A DNA stretch of 38,147 bases from an uncultured archaeon (GCA_964486045.1 CAZALK010000027.1:1-38147), one strand, 5' to 3'. Positions 17,279 through 27,452 are shown, counted from the first letter of the stretch. Program-made: numbers and translations. Notes: generated from the sequence alone by a model not told the origin.

Positions 17279-20134
17279 TCAAAAATAGATATTTCTTTTA
17301 CGAGCGGAGTATTTATACATTTCTATACCAATTATCCCTGGTAAAGCTAGTAAAATGCATATTATCCAATCTGAGGCACTTAAGAACATGAAATTTAACT
17401 GTAAATCTAACCCTAAAACAGTGTTTATATTATAATTAACTATATTTGAAAAACAGATAACAAGGACATGTAACCCTAATGTAAAAAAACAAATAATAAA
17501 CAGTGAGCTGTTAAATTCTTCTTTTATACCCTTGTACATAGATTTATTAGGTCGTCTAAAAGACCAAATAAAATTGGTTTCAACAATGAAAAGCGTTGTG
17601 ATAAACATAGTTCTTGATTTTTGAGCCAATTCTTGTCCTGAAACGATATAGCTGATATTTGGATTTAAATTCCATTCATTTAATGGTATAATCCCTCCCA
17701 AAGTTAATTGTAAGGCTAACACTAATCCTAAACCCATCAAAAAAGCTTGAATTAATAACATTACCCACATGTTCTTATTTAAGATCTCTTCTTCATCTCT
17801 TGGTGGTTCTTGCATAATATCCTTTGGATGAGAATCAATTACTAGTGCCAAAGAGGGAAGAGAGTGTACTATACCAAAAATATAAATGTGTTGCCATTCA
17901 GAACTAAATAGTTCAAATGTAGGAATAAATTCATATGTAAAGAATATAATAGCTTCCATGATATTCAAACATATAAAGAAATAGATTATTACCCTAATTT
18001 TTGAAAAGAGACCGCGCCCAACTTTAACTCCTTTTTCAATAGATGTGAAATTATCATCAGAAATGACCATATCCGCTGTTTCCTTAGCAACATCTGTTCC
18101 AGTTACCCCCATTGCGATACCTGCATTTGCTAATTTTAGAGCGAGTGAATCATTTATGCCGTCTCCAGTCATTGCTACGACTTGATTTTTGCTCTGGTAA
18201 TTACTTACAATGATTTCCTTGTCAGAAGGCTCTACTCGGGCAAATACTGTAATTTTTTTAAATTCATTTTCATCAAAATCTTTAATTTGTTTTCCTTCTG
18301 CTACGAGATCTCCTTCCTTGTAAATCCCCATCTGAGAGGCGATAGTTTTCGCTGTTGCGGGATGATCACCCGTAATCATAATAACCTGTATTCCTCCAGA
18401 TTGACATTCAGCTACAGATTGCTTAACCCCACTCCGGGGAGGATCCATAATTGAGACAAATCCTAAAAATACCAGGTTACTTTCAATATTCTCACGTTTT
18501 GGTTGATTAGCATCAGTTAACTTTTTATATGATATTGCCAATGTTCTAAATCCCTGATTTGCTCGATTCCTTATGTCTCCTAAAATTTTTTCTTTGTTAC
18601 TATCATCAAATTTTTTAATTATACCATTTATTTCAATCTCAGATGTTATCGTAATAATATTTTCAGGTGCTCCTTTAGAGAAAACAAATAATTCCTTATT
18701 ATTTTCCTCTAAACTATAGATCGAGCTCATACGCTTTAATTCAGAACTAAAAGAAAACTCTTTAATAAGAGAATATTTATTTTTTACATCATATGGGATA
18801 TAACCTGCCTTTTCAGATAAAACTATTAGAGCTGCTTCTGTAGGGGAACCCAAAGCGCGTCTTACTGCCATTTCTCTTTTACCTCCCACTCTAACTTTAA
18901 CATCTTCGAAAACCAGTTGAGCATTATTATTCATAACTATTGAATCTATAAATTTCTGGAAAGTAGAATTATCATTTAAATTAATCAATTCTCTATTAAA
19001 AGATATTTCCCCTTCACCATCATAACCAGAGCCACTTACATCATACTCTTTTTCATTTATCCAAAATTTTTCGACTGTCATTTCATTTTTTGTAATTGTT
19101 CCCGTTTTGTCCGAACAAAGAACAGACACACGTCCTAATGATTCAATCGCAGATAAATTTTTTATAATCACCCCATGTTGAGTCATGCTTAAAACACCTG
19201 TTATAAGAACCAGAGTGCTTAACAAAGGTAAATTTATGGGGAGTACATTCGTAGATCTTAATATAGAGCTTACTAAAGCATTGCTAATTTCCGATTGAAT
19301 AAAATTCAGTTCATTAGCTAAAATAATGAATTTATAAGAAACTAATATGATTAAATTAATTATAACTATTATTCCTAGGATGAATCCTAATCTATTCAGT
19401 TTTTTGGTTAGTGGAATCTCTTCAATACTTCCCATTTCATTTAAAGTAACAGAAATTTTTCCTATTTCTGTATTTACACCAGTACCAGTTATTAACGCTT
19501 TAGCCCTCCCAGTAAGTGCATACGTTCCCATGAAGATCATGTTTGATTGTTTTTGGATGGGAACATCATTTTCATGAAGAGGTTTATTATTTTTTTCAAC
19601 TGGTTCACTCTCACCGGTTAATGGTGCTTCGTCTATTGTCAAATTAACTTGATTTACTACTCTACCGTCAGCGGGAACCTTGTCTCCTTGACTTAATATT
19701 ATAATATCTCCAGGAACTAATTCTCTATTTGGAATTTCGGATTGATCTCCATCTCTTAAAACTGTTGCTTTTAAAGCTGAAATCTGTCGTAAAGATTCTA
19801 GTGCTTTTTGTGCTCTAAACTGCTGGACAATTACAGTTGCAGAATTTATAACTACAACGGTAAATGTTATTGCAGTCTCACCAGGGGAACCCAAAATAAC
19901 TACAATAATTCCTGTTACAAGTAAAATTAAGATTAAGAAGTTAAAAATTGGCGCAAAATATATTTTCCAGATTGATTTTTTAATTTTTGGTAACTCATTA
20001 TACCCATATTTTTGATAATCTTTCTCTAACTCAGAAGATTTTAATCCTTGTTCGAGATTAGTGTTAAAGTCTCTTAACAATTCGTCGAGTGATTGATGAT
20101 AATAAGTTCTATTAGAGTATTTTACTTCTAACAT
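17279..20134 (-). CDS. P-type ATPase, P2A-like scaffold with atypical TM4 (PINLP) and TM6 (VH)
   Basis: PADGR, LTGES, CSDKTGTIT, KGAPE, DPPR, MITGD, TGDGINDS motifs. Confidence 0.95.
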   Translation of the reverse strand: MLEVKYSNRTYYHQSLDELLRDFNTNLEQGLKSSELEKDYQKYGYNELPKIKKSIWKIYFAPIFNFLILILLVTGIIVVILGSPGETAITFTVVVINSATVIVQQFRAQKALESLRQISALKATVLRDGDQSEIPNRELVPGDIIILSQGDKVPADGRVVNQVNLTIDEAPLTGESEPVEKNNKPLHENDVPIQKQSNMIFMGTYALTGRAKALITGTGVNTEIGKISVTLNEMGSIEEIPLTKKLNRLGFILGIIVIINLIILVSYKFIILANELNFIQSEISNALVSSILRSTNVLPINLPLLSTLVLITGVLSMTQHGVIIKNLSAIESLGRVSVLCSDKTGTITKNEMTVEKFWINEKEYDVSGSGYDGEGEISFNRELINLNDNSTFQKFIDSIVMNNNAQLVFEDVKVRVGGKREMAVRRALGSPTEAALIVLSEKAGYIPYDVKNKYSLIKEFSFSSELKRMSSIYSLEENNKELFVFSKGAPENIITITSEIEINGIIKKFDDSNKEKILGDIRNRANQGFRTLAISYKKLTDANQPKRENIESNLVFLGFVSIMDPPRSGVKQSVAECQSGGIQVIMITGDHPATAKTIASQMGIYKEGDLVAEGKQIKDFDENEFKKITVFARVEPSDKEIIVSNYQSKNQVVAMTGDGINDSLALKLANAGIAMGVTGTDVAKETADMVISDDNFTSIEKGVKVGRGLFSKIRVIIYFFICLNIMEAIIFFTYEFIPTFELFSSEWQHIYIFGIVHSLPSLALVIDSHPKDIMQEPPRDEEEILNKNMWVMLLIQAFLMGLGLVLALQLTLGGIIPLNEWNLNPNISYIVSGQELAQKSRTMFITTLFIVETNFIWSFRRPNKSMYKGIKEEFNSSLFIICFFTLGLHVLVICFSNIVNYNINTVLGLDLQLNFMFLSASDWIICILLALPGIIGIEMYKYSARKRNIYF

Positions 20135-20241
20135 ATTTTGTATGATGTTCTGGAAAATCCAGTTAGAATAATAATTATTATAGATTTATAAGTTTTTAAT
20201 GGTATGTAATTCCTTAAAAATTATTAATAGGGAGTGAAAAA

Positions 20242-21249
20242 TTAGAGTTGAAATTCTTGAGGTTCCCCAATTATATCTCTTAAGGTGTGGTACTTTTTTC
20301 TAATTGTTGTACTTGAGAATTTGGTGTACTTTTCGATGAGACTTTGAGTAAAAATCTTGCGATTTTCAAACATTTGACCGATATAGTAGATAAGTCCGGC
20401 AACAAACGCTTTATAATTCAAACTCTGTATTTGCTTATAAGAAATCTGATTTAAAATTTTATCAGCGATTAATTGCATAGAAATCTTTTTTTTTTCAAAG
20501 TCAGAAACTTTTTCAAAGAATAGTTTAACTTCTTCATAGGGGATACTATTTACATCTTTTTGAAAAACAACTTTTATTTTTTCTTTAATATCTTTTTCTA
20601 ATTCAGAAATGCTTTTTTTCTCTAGTAACATACGTTCAGTAACTTTTACTTTTAACATCGCGTTTGTAATCATTTTCTTATTAATTTTATGACCGAGTTC
20701 TTTTGCCACTTTAATGAATTCATCAATCCTTATATTTGTTGTGTCCTTTATTTTTACCCATATGATTGCGAGAAAAATTATAACCATATTTTGATAGTTA
20801 TGGCGATGATTTTTATTAAATCGTAAATAGATGTCCCGAATTTCTCGATATTTTACGTTATCAATAGTCAAACCTATTCCATGGCTCTTTAGAAGTTCAA
20901 TTGTCTTTTTTTGTTCTGTGAAATCAGATTCATAATCTCTAAACCATTTTTCTAATGTTTTTAACCGCTCATATTTCTCCTTGATTACTGGGTTCTGTAA
21001 TGCTTTTGAATCACTAACTCTTATCTTTCTTTCATAATCGATCTGTGAATCTGGATAGAAATCACTAACTGGTTTTTCAAAGTTAAGGCTCTGTTCTAAG
21101 GGAATGTCGTTAGATTTTTTTAATTTATAATATTCCTTAATAGAAAATCTCTTACCACAATCTTGACAATAATAAAATCCTTTCCCTCTCTTTACATTCT
21201 TATGATGACACATTGGTTGTACTGTTATAATTTTACTCTTTTCTTTCAA
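20242..21249 (-). CDS. Divergent TFB/TFIIB-like protein (Zn ribbon plus cyclin-fold repeats)
   Basis: CHH...CQDCG Zn ribbon; YERLKTLEKW resembles the B-linker; C-terminal AFVAGLIY...TQ..I.......TIRKKY resembles the second cyclin repeat and HTH of TFB. Confidence 0.65.
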   Translation of the reverse strand: MKEKSKIITVQPMCHHKNVKRGKGFYYCQDCGKRFSIKEYYKLKKSNDIPLEQSLNFEKPVSDFYPDSQIDYERKIRVSDSKALQNPVIKEKYERLKTLEKWFRDYESDFTEQKKTIELLKSHGIGLTIDNVKYREIRDIYLRFNKNHRHNYQNMVIIFLAIIWVKIKDTTNIRIDEFIKVAKELGHKINKKMITNAMLKVKVTERMLLEKKSISELEKDIKEKIKVVFQKDVNSIPYEEVKLFFEKVSDFEKKKISMQLIADKILNQISYKQIQSLNYKAFVAGLIYYIGQMFENRKIFTQSLIEKYTKFSSTTIRKKYHTLRDIIGEPQEFQL

Positions 21250-21390
21250 AAAATTAATTATTTTCGTTAATTGAATAAAATAGATTTGCAGAAAAAATAA
21301 TAATGTTAAAAATTGTTAAAAATTTCAAAAACAATAATAAGTAAAAATATAATAGAATAAAAAATTTACCTTGCTACTTTAGAATAACTT

Positions 21391-21972
21391 GTGCTGATAT
21401 TTATGAACCATATAAAAATGATAAAGTTTCTAAAAATTATTGGTATTATTTTTATGAGCCTTTCTGTTATTGAAATTATTTTTGTCATTTCTTTAAATTT
21501 TACTGAATTTGATCTGAATGGCACTCCTATTCTATTATTAGAATTTATTTATGGCTCAAGTTATATTTCTTTAACAGGAACAGTACTATGGTTATTCTTA
21601 ATTATTTCTATAGTTATATTCTTGATTTTAGGTTTGTATATTTTCAAAACAGCTAGAGAGAACACGATTGAAAGTAAATCACTAGCTAAATTGATGATTG
21701 TGTCAGGAATGGTGATTTTAATAGGAGCTTTTGTAAAGATGAATTACCTTGTTTTATTGGGAAAGATACCTCTGTTTTTTCCCCCACCAGTTGGAACCGT
21801 GCTATTTCGAGCTGCCTTATATCGCCCGGATATAACACCTCTTATGCCTGCGTTATTCTGGACATTTTTCATTTCCGTTAATTGTTTTTTACTAATTACA
21901 TCACTTATCATTACTGCTTTTGGTATTAAATGGACTCTCGTGATAGAACAATCTGAAACGAAAGAAGAATAG
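21391..21972 (+). CDS. Hypothetical membrane protein (about 4 TM)
   Basis: Four hydrophobic segments; start may be ATG 21418. Confidence 0.7.
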   Translation: MLIFMNHIKMIKFLKIIGIIFMSLSVIEIIFVISLNFTEFDLNGTPILLLEFIYGSSYISLTGTVLWLFLIISIVIFLILGLYIFKTARENTIESKSLAKLMIVSGMVILIGAFVKMNYLVLLGKIPLFFPPPVGTVLFRAALYRPDITPLMPALFWTFFISVNCFLLITSLIITAFGIKWTLVIEQSETKEE

Positions 21973-22101
21973 TGTATCTTTAATTAACAAGAATAAAATT
22001 AGATTTAATTTAGCTCTTCCTTCATGTATTTACTTTACTCTTCAGGAAACAATAAAAAAATAATAAGAATTAATAATTTCTCTCGAAATTATAAATTTTT
22101 T

Positions 22102-23040
22102 TTATGTAAGCTTATTTTTAATCTGTTTAGCGCGACTTCGGAGAGTTACCTCAGTGATTTTAGCAATATCGGCAACTCTTGATTGTGTTTTTCGAATAGA
22201 GCCATTTTTTGCTGCAATATAGATACACGCAGCTGCTAATCCTTTAGGATCTTTACCTGTTCTCTGTAATCCATTTCTTGAGGCATCTTTCAGCATATTA
22301 ATGGCATTCTTCTGAACTTGAATAGGTAAATCTAATTCATTTCCAAATCTAAAAACTAAGCATTCCGCAGTGATAGGCTGATATCGAAGCTTTAATTCAG
22401 GTAAAACTTCTCTTATAATCATAGCAAGACTTCTATGAACTGTTCTCCTTGGTGTCAGAGACGCTTCACATACTTCATCTAGTAGCCGAGGAAAATCATG
22501 CACACGAATCGCGGCGTATAGAGATCCTGCTATAAATCCATTGATCGAGCGTCCCATTGTTAATTTCTTCTTAGCTACGATACTATAAATTTTCCACGCG
22601 GTTTCTGATATGTATTCAGGCACATTTAACTTACTCGTAAGCATCTTTAATTTGGGTTTTGCCTCCCAGAAATTACGTTCAATGCTTGATATCAATGAAT
22701 TCTGAATTTTTGATAATCGTGAGAATAATGCCTGTTCTTTAGCTCCTATACTCTTCCCTTTGCTGTCTGTCTTGGTATTTGGGAGCATAGTACGTGGTCC
22801 AAAGTCTCTCCAACGAGGTTCAGTTCGACGGCGGGTCTGTATCTCTTCAACAGTATATGCCCGTCTCTCATTCCCCACAAAAGTCCTTTCAAAAATTAAG
22901 CCACAGTTTATACAAATTTCATTTCCATCTCTAGATTCGACAAAAGGATTGTTACAACAATGAGTTTGAGAATTATCAGCTTCATTTTTGTTATCATTTC
23001 TCAAAAAGGTACGATATTGTTCGTTCATATTATTTACCAA
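22102..23040 (-). CDS. tfb: Transcription initiation factor IIB (TFB)
   Basis: CC...CINCG Zn ribbon; ERRAY B-reader-like segment; ERN; MGRSI, AGSLYAAIR, GKDPKGLAAACIY, TQ..VA..A.ITEVTLRSR. Confidence 0.95.
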   Translation of the reverse strand: MVNNMNEQYRTFLRNDNKNEADNSQTHCCNNPFVESRDGNEICINCGLIFERTFVGNERRAYTVEEIQTRRRTEPRWRDFGPRTMLPNTKTDSKGKSIGAKEQALFSRLSKIQNSLISSIERNFWEAKPKLKMLTSKLNVPEYISETAWKIYSIVAKKKLTMGRSINGFIAGSLYAAIRVHDFPRLLDEVCEASLTPRRTVHRSLAMIIREVLPELKLRYQPITAECLVFRFGNELDLPIQVQKNAINMLKDASRNGLQRTGKDPKGLAAACIYIAAKNGSIRKTQSRVADIAKITEVTLRSRAKQIKNKLT

Positions 23041-23302
23041 AATATTAAATTACAAAAGGATAGGTCAATTTCGACAAATTACACATCATTATTATTATAA
23101 TAATATGTTGTGATATGCATATATGGTCTAGTTGTATATTTAAATCTATGTCTTGATTATACTTTTTTTCAGAGAATAATTATTATTTCATTAATTTGTT
23201 CTAATAGTACTACATAAAATAATGTGGAAATAAAAGAATTTCACTAATGATTTTAAAGTTTCTAAATATTTTTAAATTTATTCATTCACAATTGGGTTTC
23301 TA

Positions 23303-25021
23303 ATGAAAATAATAAGAATTAATGTTAATACCGAGGAAACAAAAGAAGAAGAAGTTTCTGAAAACTCTAAATATTATTTGCTAGGTGGTCGAGGATTAAT
23401 CTCACAATTAATTCTTGATGAGGTTCCTCCTAAGTGTTCACCATTAAGCGCCCAAAATAAATTAGTCATTGCTACTGGGTTACTCTCAGGAAGTCCCTTT
23501 CCATGTTCTGCTCGTACATCAATTGGAGGTAAGAGTCCACTAACAAATGGAATAAAAGAAGCGAACGTGGGAGGTAGACCTTCTATAATGCTGGCTTCAT
23601 ATGGTATAAAAGCCTTAGTTTTGGAGGGAAAATCATTGAATCAAAAACTCATATCAATAAACGATAAAGGAATTAATATCGAATCTACCAGAAAATTTGA
23701 GAATTATGGCAATTATCAGCTTCACTTTGAGCTAGCTAAAAAATTTGGTAAGAATATTGGGATTTATTCAGTTGGTCCCGCTGGGGAACATTTGATGAAA
23801 TCTGCTAGTATAGCAGCGAATGATTTAGAAGGATATCCAAGCCGTCATGCTGCCCGAGGAGGTTTGGGGGCAGTAATGGGATTTAAAGGGGTTAAAGCAA
23901 TCGTTATAAAACCCTCAAAAAGTTCCGAGGTTAAGGTCGATGATATAAAATCATTTAGAAAGTTATCAAAACCTTTTGCCCAAAATTTAGCGATGTCAAA
24001 AAAGAATTTTTCAATCTACGGAACCTCAAATATGGTTAGACCAATGAGTACATTAGGAGGATTACCGACAAAAAATTTCAGATTGGGCTCTTTCAATAAA
24101 GCTATAAATATTTCTGGTGAAAAACTTCATGAACTTGTAACAGTTCGAAATGGATCAAAGCGTGTCCCTTGTAGCCCTACATGTGTTATTAAATGCTCAA
24201 ATATCATAGTTGATGAGGATGGAAACCATTTAACTTCAAGTTTAGAGTATGAAACTATATTTGCCAATGGCTCTAATTTACTCATTGATGATTTAGATGA
24301 TATAGCTAAGATCGATCATATTTGCGATGATGTTGGTATTGATACTATTGAATTTGGAGTTACAATGGGAGTTGCGATGGATGCAGGAAAAGTTCCATGG
24401 GGTGATTCTCAAAGAGTATTTGAAATCCTTAATGAAATTAAGAAAAATTCATTCATAGGAGAGCTCTATGGTAATGGAGTCTGCCACCTTGGAAAGGAGA
24501 TTAATTTTGCGAGAATTCCTCATATTAAGGGTCAGGGAATTTCTGGATATGAACCACGAGTCTTTAAAGCAATGAGTGTAACATACGCAACTTCACCTAT
24601 GGGAGCAGATCATACTGCTGGTGCTGCAATAGCAGGAAGGGTAGCAAGCCAAACAAAAGATTATGGGGAACTAACAGAAAATAGGGGAAAGATTGATTTG
24701 TCCTATGAATTACAACTTTATACAGCAGTGTTAGATTCAATGGGATGTTGTTATTTTATTGGTCCTAGTTGGGAGAATATGGAAATAATTACAGGAGCAT
24801 TAAATGCTATGTATGGTATAAATTTAAGTCGCAAAGATGTTTTAAACTTAGGAAAGCAAACCCTTAGAAATGAACTTGAATTTAACAAAAAAGTAGGGAT
24901 TTCTCAGGATGATAATGATCTACCTTCATTTTTTAGGGAGGAACCCTCTGAACCAACTAATCTTAAAGTTACTTTTTCAAAGGAAGAATTTCGGAATTTC
25001 TGGGAAAAACTAGATGAATAG
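23303..25021 (+). CDS. Aldehyde:ferredoxin oxidoreductase family (W/Mo-pterin) protein
   Basis: GGRGL, KSPLT.GIKEANVGG, GPAGE, AARGGLGAVMG.KGVKAI, C..TC...C, EYET, DDVGIDTI, GADH. Confidence 0.92.
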   Translation: MKIIRINVNTEETKEEEVSENSKYYLLGGRGLISQLILDEVPPKCSPLSAQNKLVIATGLLSGSPFPCSARTSIGGKSPLTNGIKEANVGGRPSIMLASYGIKALVLEGKSLNQKLISINDKGINIESTRKFENYGNYQLHFELAKKFGKNIGIYSVGPAGEHLMKSASIAANDLEGYPSRHAARGGLGAVMGFKGVKAIVIKPSKSSEVKVDDIKSFRKLSKPFAQNLAMSKKNFSIYGTSNMVRPMSTLGGLPTKNFRLGSFNKAINISGEKLHELVTVRNGSKRVPCSPTCVIKCSNIIVDEDGNHLTSSLEYETIFANGSNLLIDDLDDIAKIDHICDDVGIDTIEFGVTMGVAMDAGKVPWGDSQRVFEILNEIKKNSFIGELYGNGVCHLGKEINFARIPHIKGQGISGYEPRVFKAMSVTYATSPMGADHTAGAAIAGRVASQTKDYGELTENRGKIDLSYELQLYTAVLDSMGCCYFIGPSWENMEIITGALNAMYGINLSRKDVLNLGKQTLRNELEFNKKVGISQDDNDLPSFFREEPSEPTNLKVTFSKEEFRNFWEKLDE

Positions 25022-25030
25022 TGCAAATTC

Positions 25031-25588
25031 TTATACAAATTTTAGTAATCCTCTTCTCATCATTCTTATCTCTATCACCAATATAACAGTTACTCCACTG
25101 ATAATGAGGATAAGAGGTAACAACCCTATAATCAGGCCAATTTGATATATTAACTTCCCCAATCTTAGAAAAAAAGTGACAAGAACATAAATAATAAACC
25201 CAAATAAGAAAATTAGTTTCTTTTTCTTATAATAAGATATAGAATAATGCCAACTAACAATGATTAGGATATTTGAGCATAAAATGAATATATATTCAAC
25301 ATAAAATATCTTTCTAATAACATAATCAAAGCTTACTATGAATAAAGTGATTACAATTAAACAAATTAATATAAAACTCGCTAAAAAATTCTCTCTAATA
25401 AGATTCAACTCAAGTTTCAAACATAAAATAAATGAAAGTATTACGAGGTTTATAATTAGGAGAAAATTAAATATTAGCTTATCCTGAAACAAAAAAAAAT
25501 CAGAAACAACTGAAAATATCAATCCTAAAAAAAAAAGTAACAATCCAAGAAAACGAATATATATTTCCCGTTTAGCAAGCACTCCCAT
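25031..25588 (-). CDS. Hypothetical membrane protein (about 6 TM)
   Basis: Highly hydrophobic 185-aa ORF convergent with AOR. Confidence 0.7.
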   Translation of the reverse strand: MGVLAKREIYIRFLGLLLFFLGLIFSVVSDFFLFQDKLIFNFLLIINLVILSFILCLKLELNLIRENFLASFILICLIVITLFIVSFDYVIRKIFYVEYIFILCSNILIIVSWHYSISYYKKKKLIFLFGFIIYVLVTFFLRLGKLIYQIGLIIGLLPLILIISGVTVILVIEIRMMRRGLLKFV

Positions 25589-25787
25589 ATTATTTTTAAT
25601 CTAAATAATTTTAAAAACATATGCAGATTTTCTTGATGTGACAATATGGGATTTTTTTTCTTGTTTTTAATAATTACAAATGTTAATCTCTTTGATTATC
25701 ATTAAATACCCAGAGTATTGTTAGTATTAATAATGAAAAATTATTTTGAAAAACTTCATTTTTACTAATTGTAAGGTGGAATAAATT

Positions 25788-26729
25788 ATGAGTGTAAATG
25801 ACATAGTAAATTTTGCTTTAGCTGGTGCAGGAGCTACTGCTGGGATCTACGGTGCGATTCGCGCTTGGTTATCAAACAAAAAAATGAAACAAATTGAGGA
25901 AGAAAAATTATCATCGAAGCTAAATATAAATTTCAATTATGACCTAATCAAGTCGGGTGACACTAAAATGTGTAGAGGGGTTGTTAAATGGTCTAACTTA
26001 GGATTAACGAATATAAAAATAGTTAGATTAAACATTGATATTCGTGATCGTGAAGATGAGTTGCGTGAGAGCTATTTACCATCAGGAAATAGTGTAAATT
26101 CCTCATTTAATCCTTATTCGAAAAAGGTTGAAAAAATAGAACTTATGGCTGTAAATAATCATAAATTAGTAAACTTTTCGAACGATCTCAAGAAGGGAGA
26201 AGTAAGAATTTTTCAAGATGACCCAATTTATGGATTAAAATTATCGGATCGGCAAAAAAGAGAATTAAAAGAAAGCGGAGAAGAAGTTGATATGGACGTG
26301 CTAGAGATAAAAAGAAGTATTACCCAATATATAGATAGTAAGATAATTAGATTGCAAGAAGTATTTTCAAGTGAAGAAAAAAAAGGCTCTAGAAAAAATC
26401 TAAATCTCTTTTTGTTTAAAGAGACGTTGGTACGAGAATTACGTGGTATCCAATTATTTCCTCAAGAATTTAAAGATCAAGAATTTTTTCTAAAATACGA
26501 CGGTGAAGGCATTGTTTATTTAAATGTAGAAAACGCTACAATTCGAATTCAATTAAAAAATATTAACGCCATCGAGGAATATAAATCTATAGGAGTTGAA
26601 ATTATAGATGCTGAAGAACTCTCTGATCTATTAATTGAAAAATATAGAAAGCTTTTAAAACTAATTATTTCTCCAAGCGCATTTGAACTTCATAAACATA
26701 AATCGAACTATTTGATTTATTTGAAATAA
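25788..26729 (+). CDS. Hypothetical protein with N-terminal membrane anchor
   Basis: N-terminal Gly/Ala-rich hydrophobic helix followed by a charged soluble domain; AAGGTGG SD-like motif upstream. Confidence 0.75.
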   Translation: MSVNDIVNFALAGAGATAGIYGAIRAWLSNKKMKQIEEEKLSSKLNINFNYDLIKSGDTKMCRGVVKWSNLGLTNIKIVRLNIDIRDREDELRESYLPSGNSVNSSFNPYSKKVEKIELMAVNNHKLVNFSNDLKKGEVRIFQDDPIYGLKLSDRQKRELKESGEEVDMDVLEIKRSITQYIDSKIIRLQEVFSSEEKKGSRKNLNLFLFKETLVRELRGIQLFPQEFKDQEFFLKYDGEGIVYLNVENATIRIQLKNINAIEEYKSIGVEIIDAEELSDLLIEKYRKLLKLIISPSAFELHKHKSNYLIYLK

Positions 26730-26784
26730 TTTTAATTCCATTTATTTTAAATTTTCATTAAATTTAAAATACAATTTCAATTTT

Positions 26785-27309
26785 CTACAAATTGTCCAAA
26801 ATTTCATGAATTAAAGAATCCAATTTATTTGCTAATTGTTTATTAGCATCCCCACATGATTTTAGTATAATTTTTGCTTGATTTGTATATGACCGTTGCT
26901 TTTCTGCGTCCCAAACATCTCTCATGTCCATGAGGTTGTCAATTCTATCAGCTAATTTTATTATTTTTGCTTCCTTTGAGTTTTTTACTAATTCTTCTAA
27001 CCAGTTATCTTTTTTACGTCCTTTAGCACCTTCGGGTTTGGTGAGTTCAACAGTAATTTCCCCAACTTCTTTACCAAATTTATCCTCAAGTTCTTTTAAA
27101 TTAGTGTCAGTATCCTCGAGAAGATCATGAAACAAAGCTGCGATCATTAGATCTTCATTATCAAATTCATTGAAACCAGCTGCGCGTAAAATCGTAGTGA
27201 TTCGAATTGGATGGACAACATAAGGAATATCTTTAGCTTTTCGTTTAAGGTTGCCGTACTTAACAAATGCATATGAAATAGCATTCCAGTAATTTGAAAA
27301 ATCTTTCAT
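26785..27309 (-). CDS. HD-domain phosphohydrolase, Mesh1/SpoT-hydrolase-like (small alarmone hydrolase type)
   Basis: RK...PYVVHP, AALFHDLLEDT, VELTK, IKLADRIDNL. Confidence 0.88.
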   Translation of the reverse strand: MKDFSNYWNAISYAFVKYGNLKRKAKDIPYVVHPIRITTILRAAGFNEFDNEDLMIAALFHDLLEDTDTNLKELEDKFGKEVGEITVELTKPEGAKGRKKDNWLEELVKNSKEAKIIKLADRIDNLMDMRDVWDAEKQRSYTNQAKIILKSCGDANKQLANKLDSLIHEILDNL

Positions 27310-27452
27310 AAATCATATATAATTCTTTTCTCATTTATATGTTCTAGAATCGATGGAGATTTTTATTATCACGCAGGTTACTTGATTTTAAAATATTTTA
27401 AATAAGTATATAATATTATAAGTAAAATACTAAAATTGTTTAGGAGATATTA

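Noticed and set aside
13380-20134. Calling the ATPases ordinary Ca2+-ATPases, or bona fide P4 flippases
   Set aside because: E309, N796 and D800 equivalents are missing for Ca2+ transport; DGET, the TM5 Lys and a CDC50 partner are missing for P4
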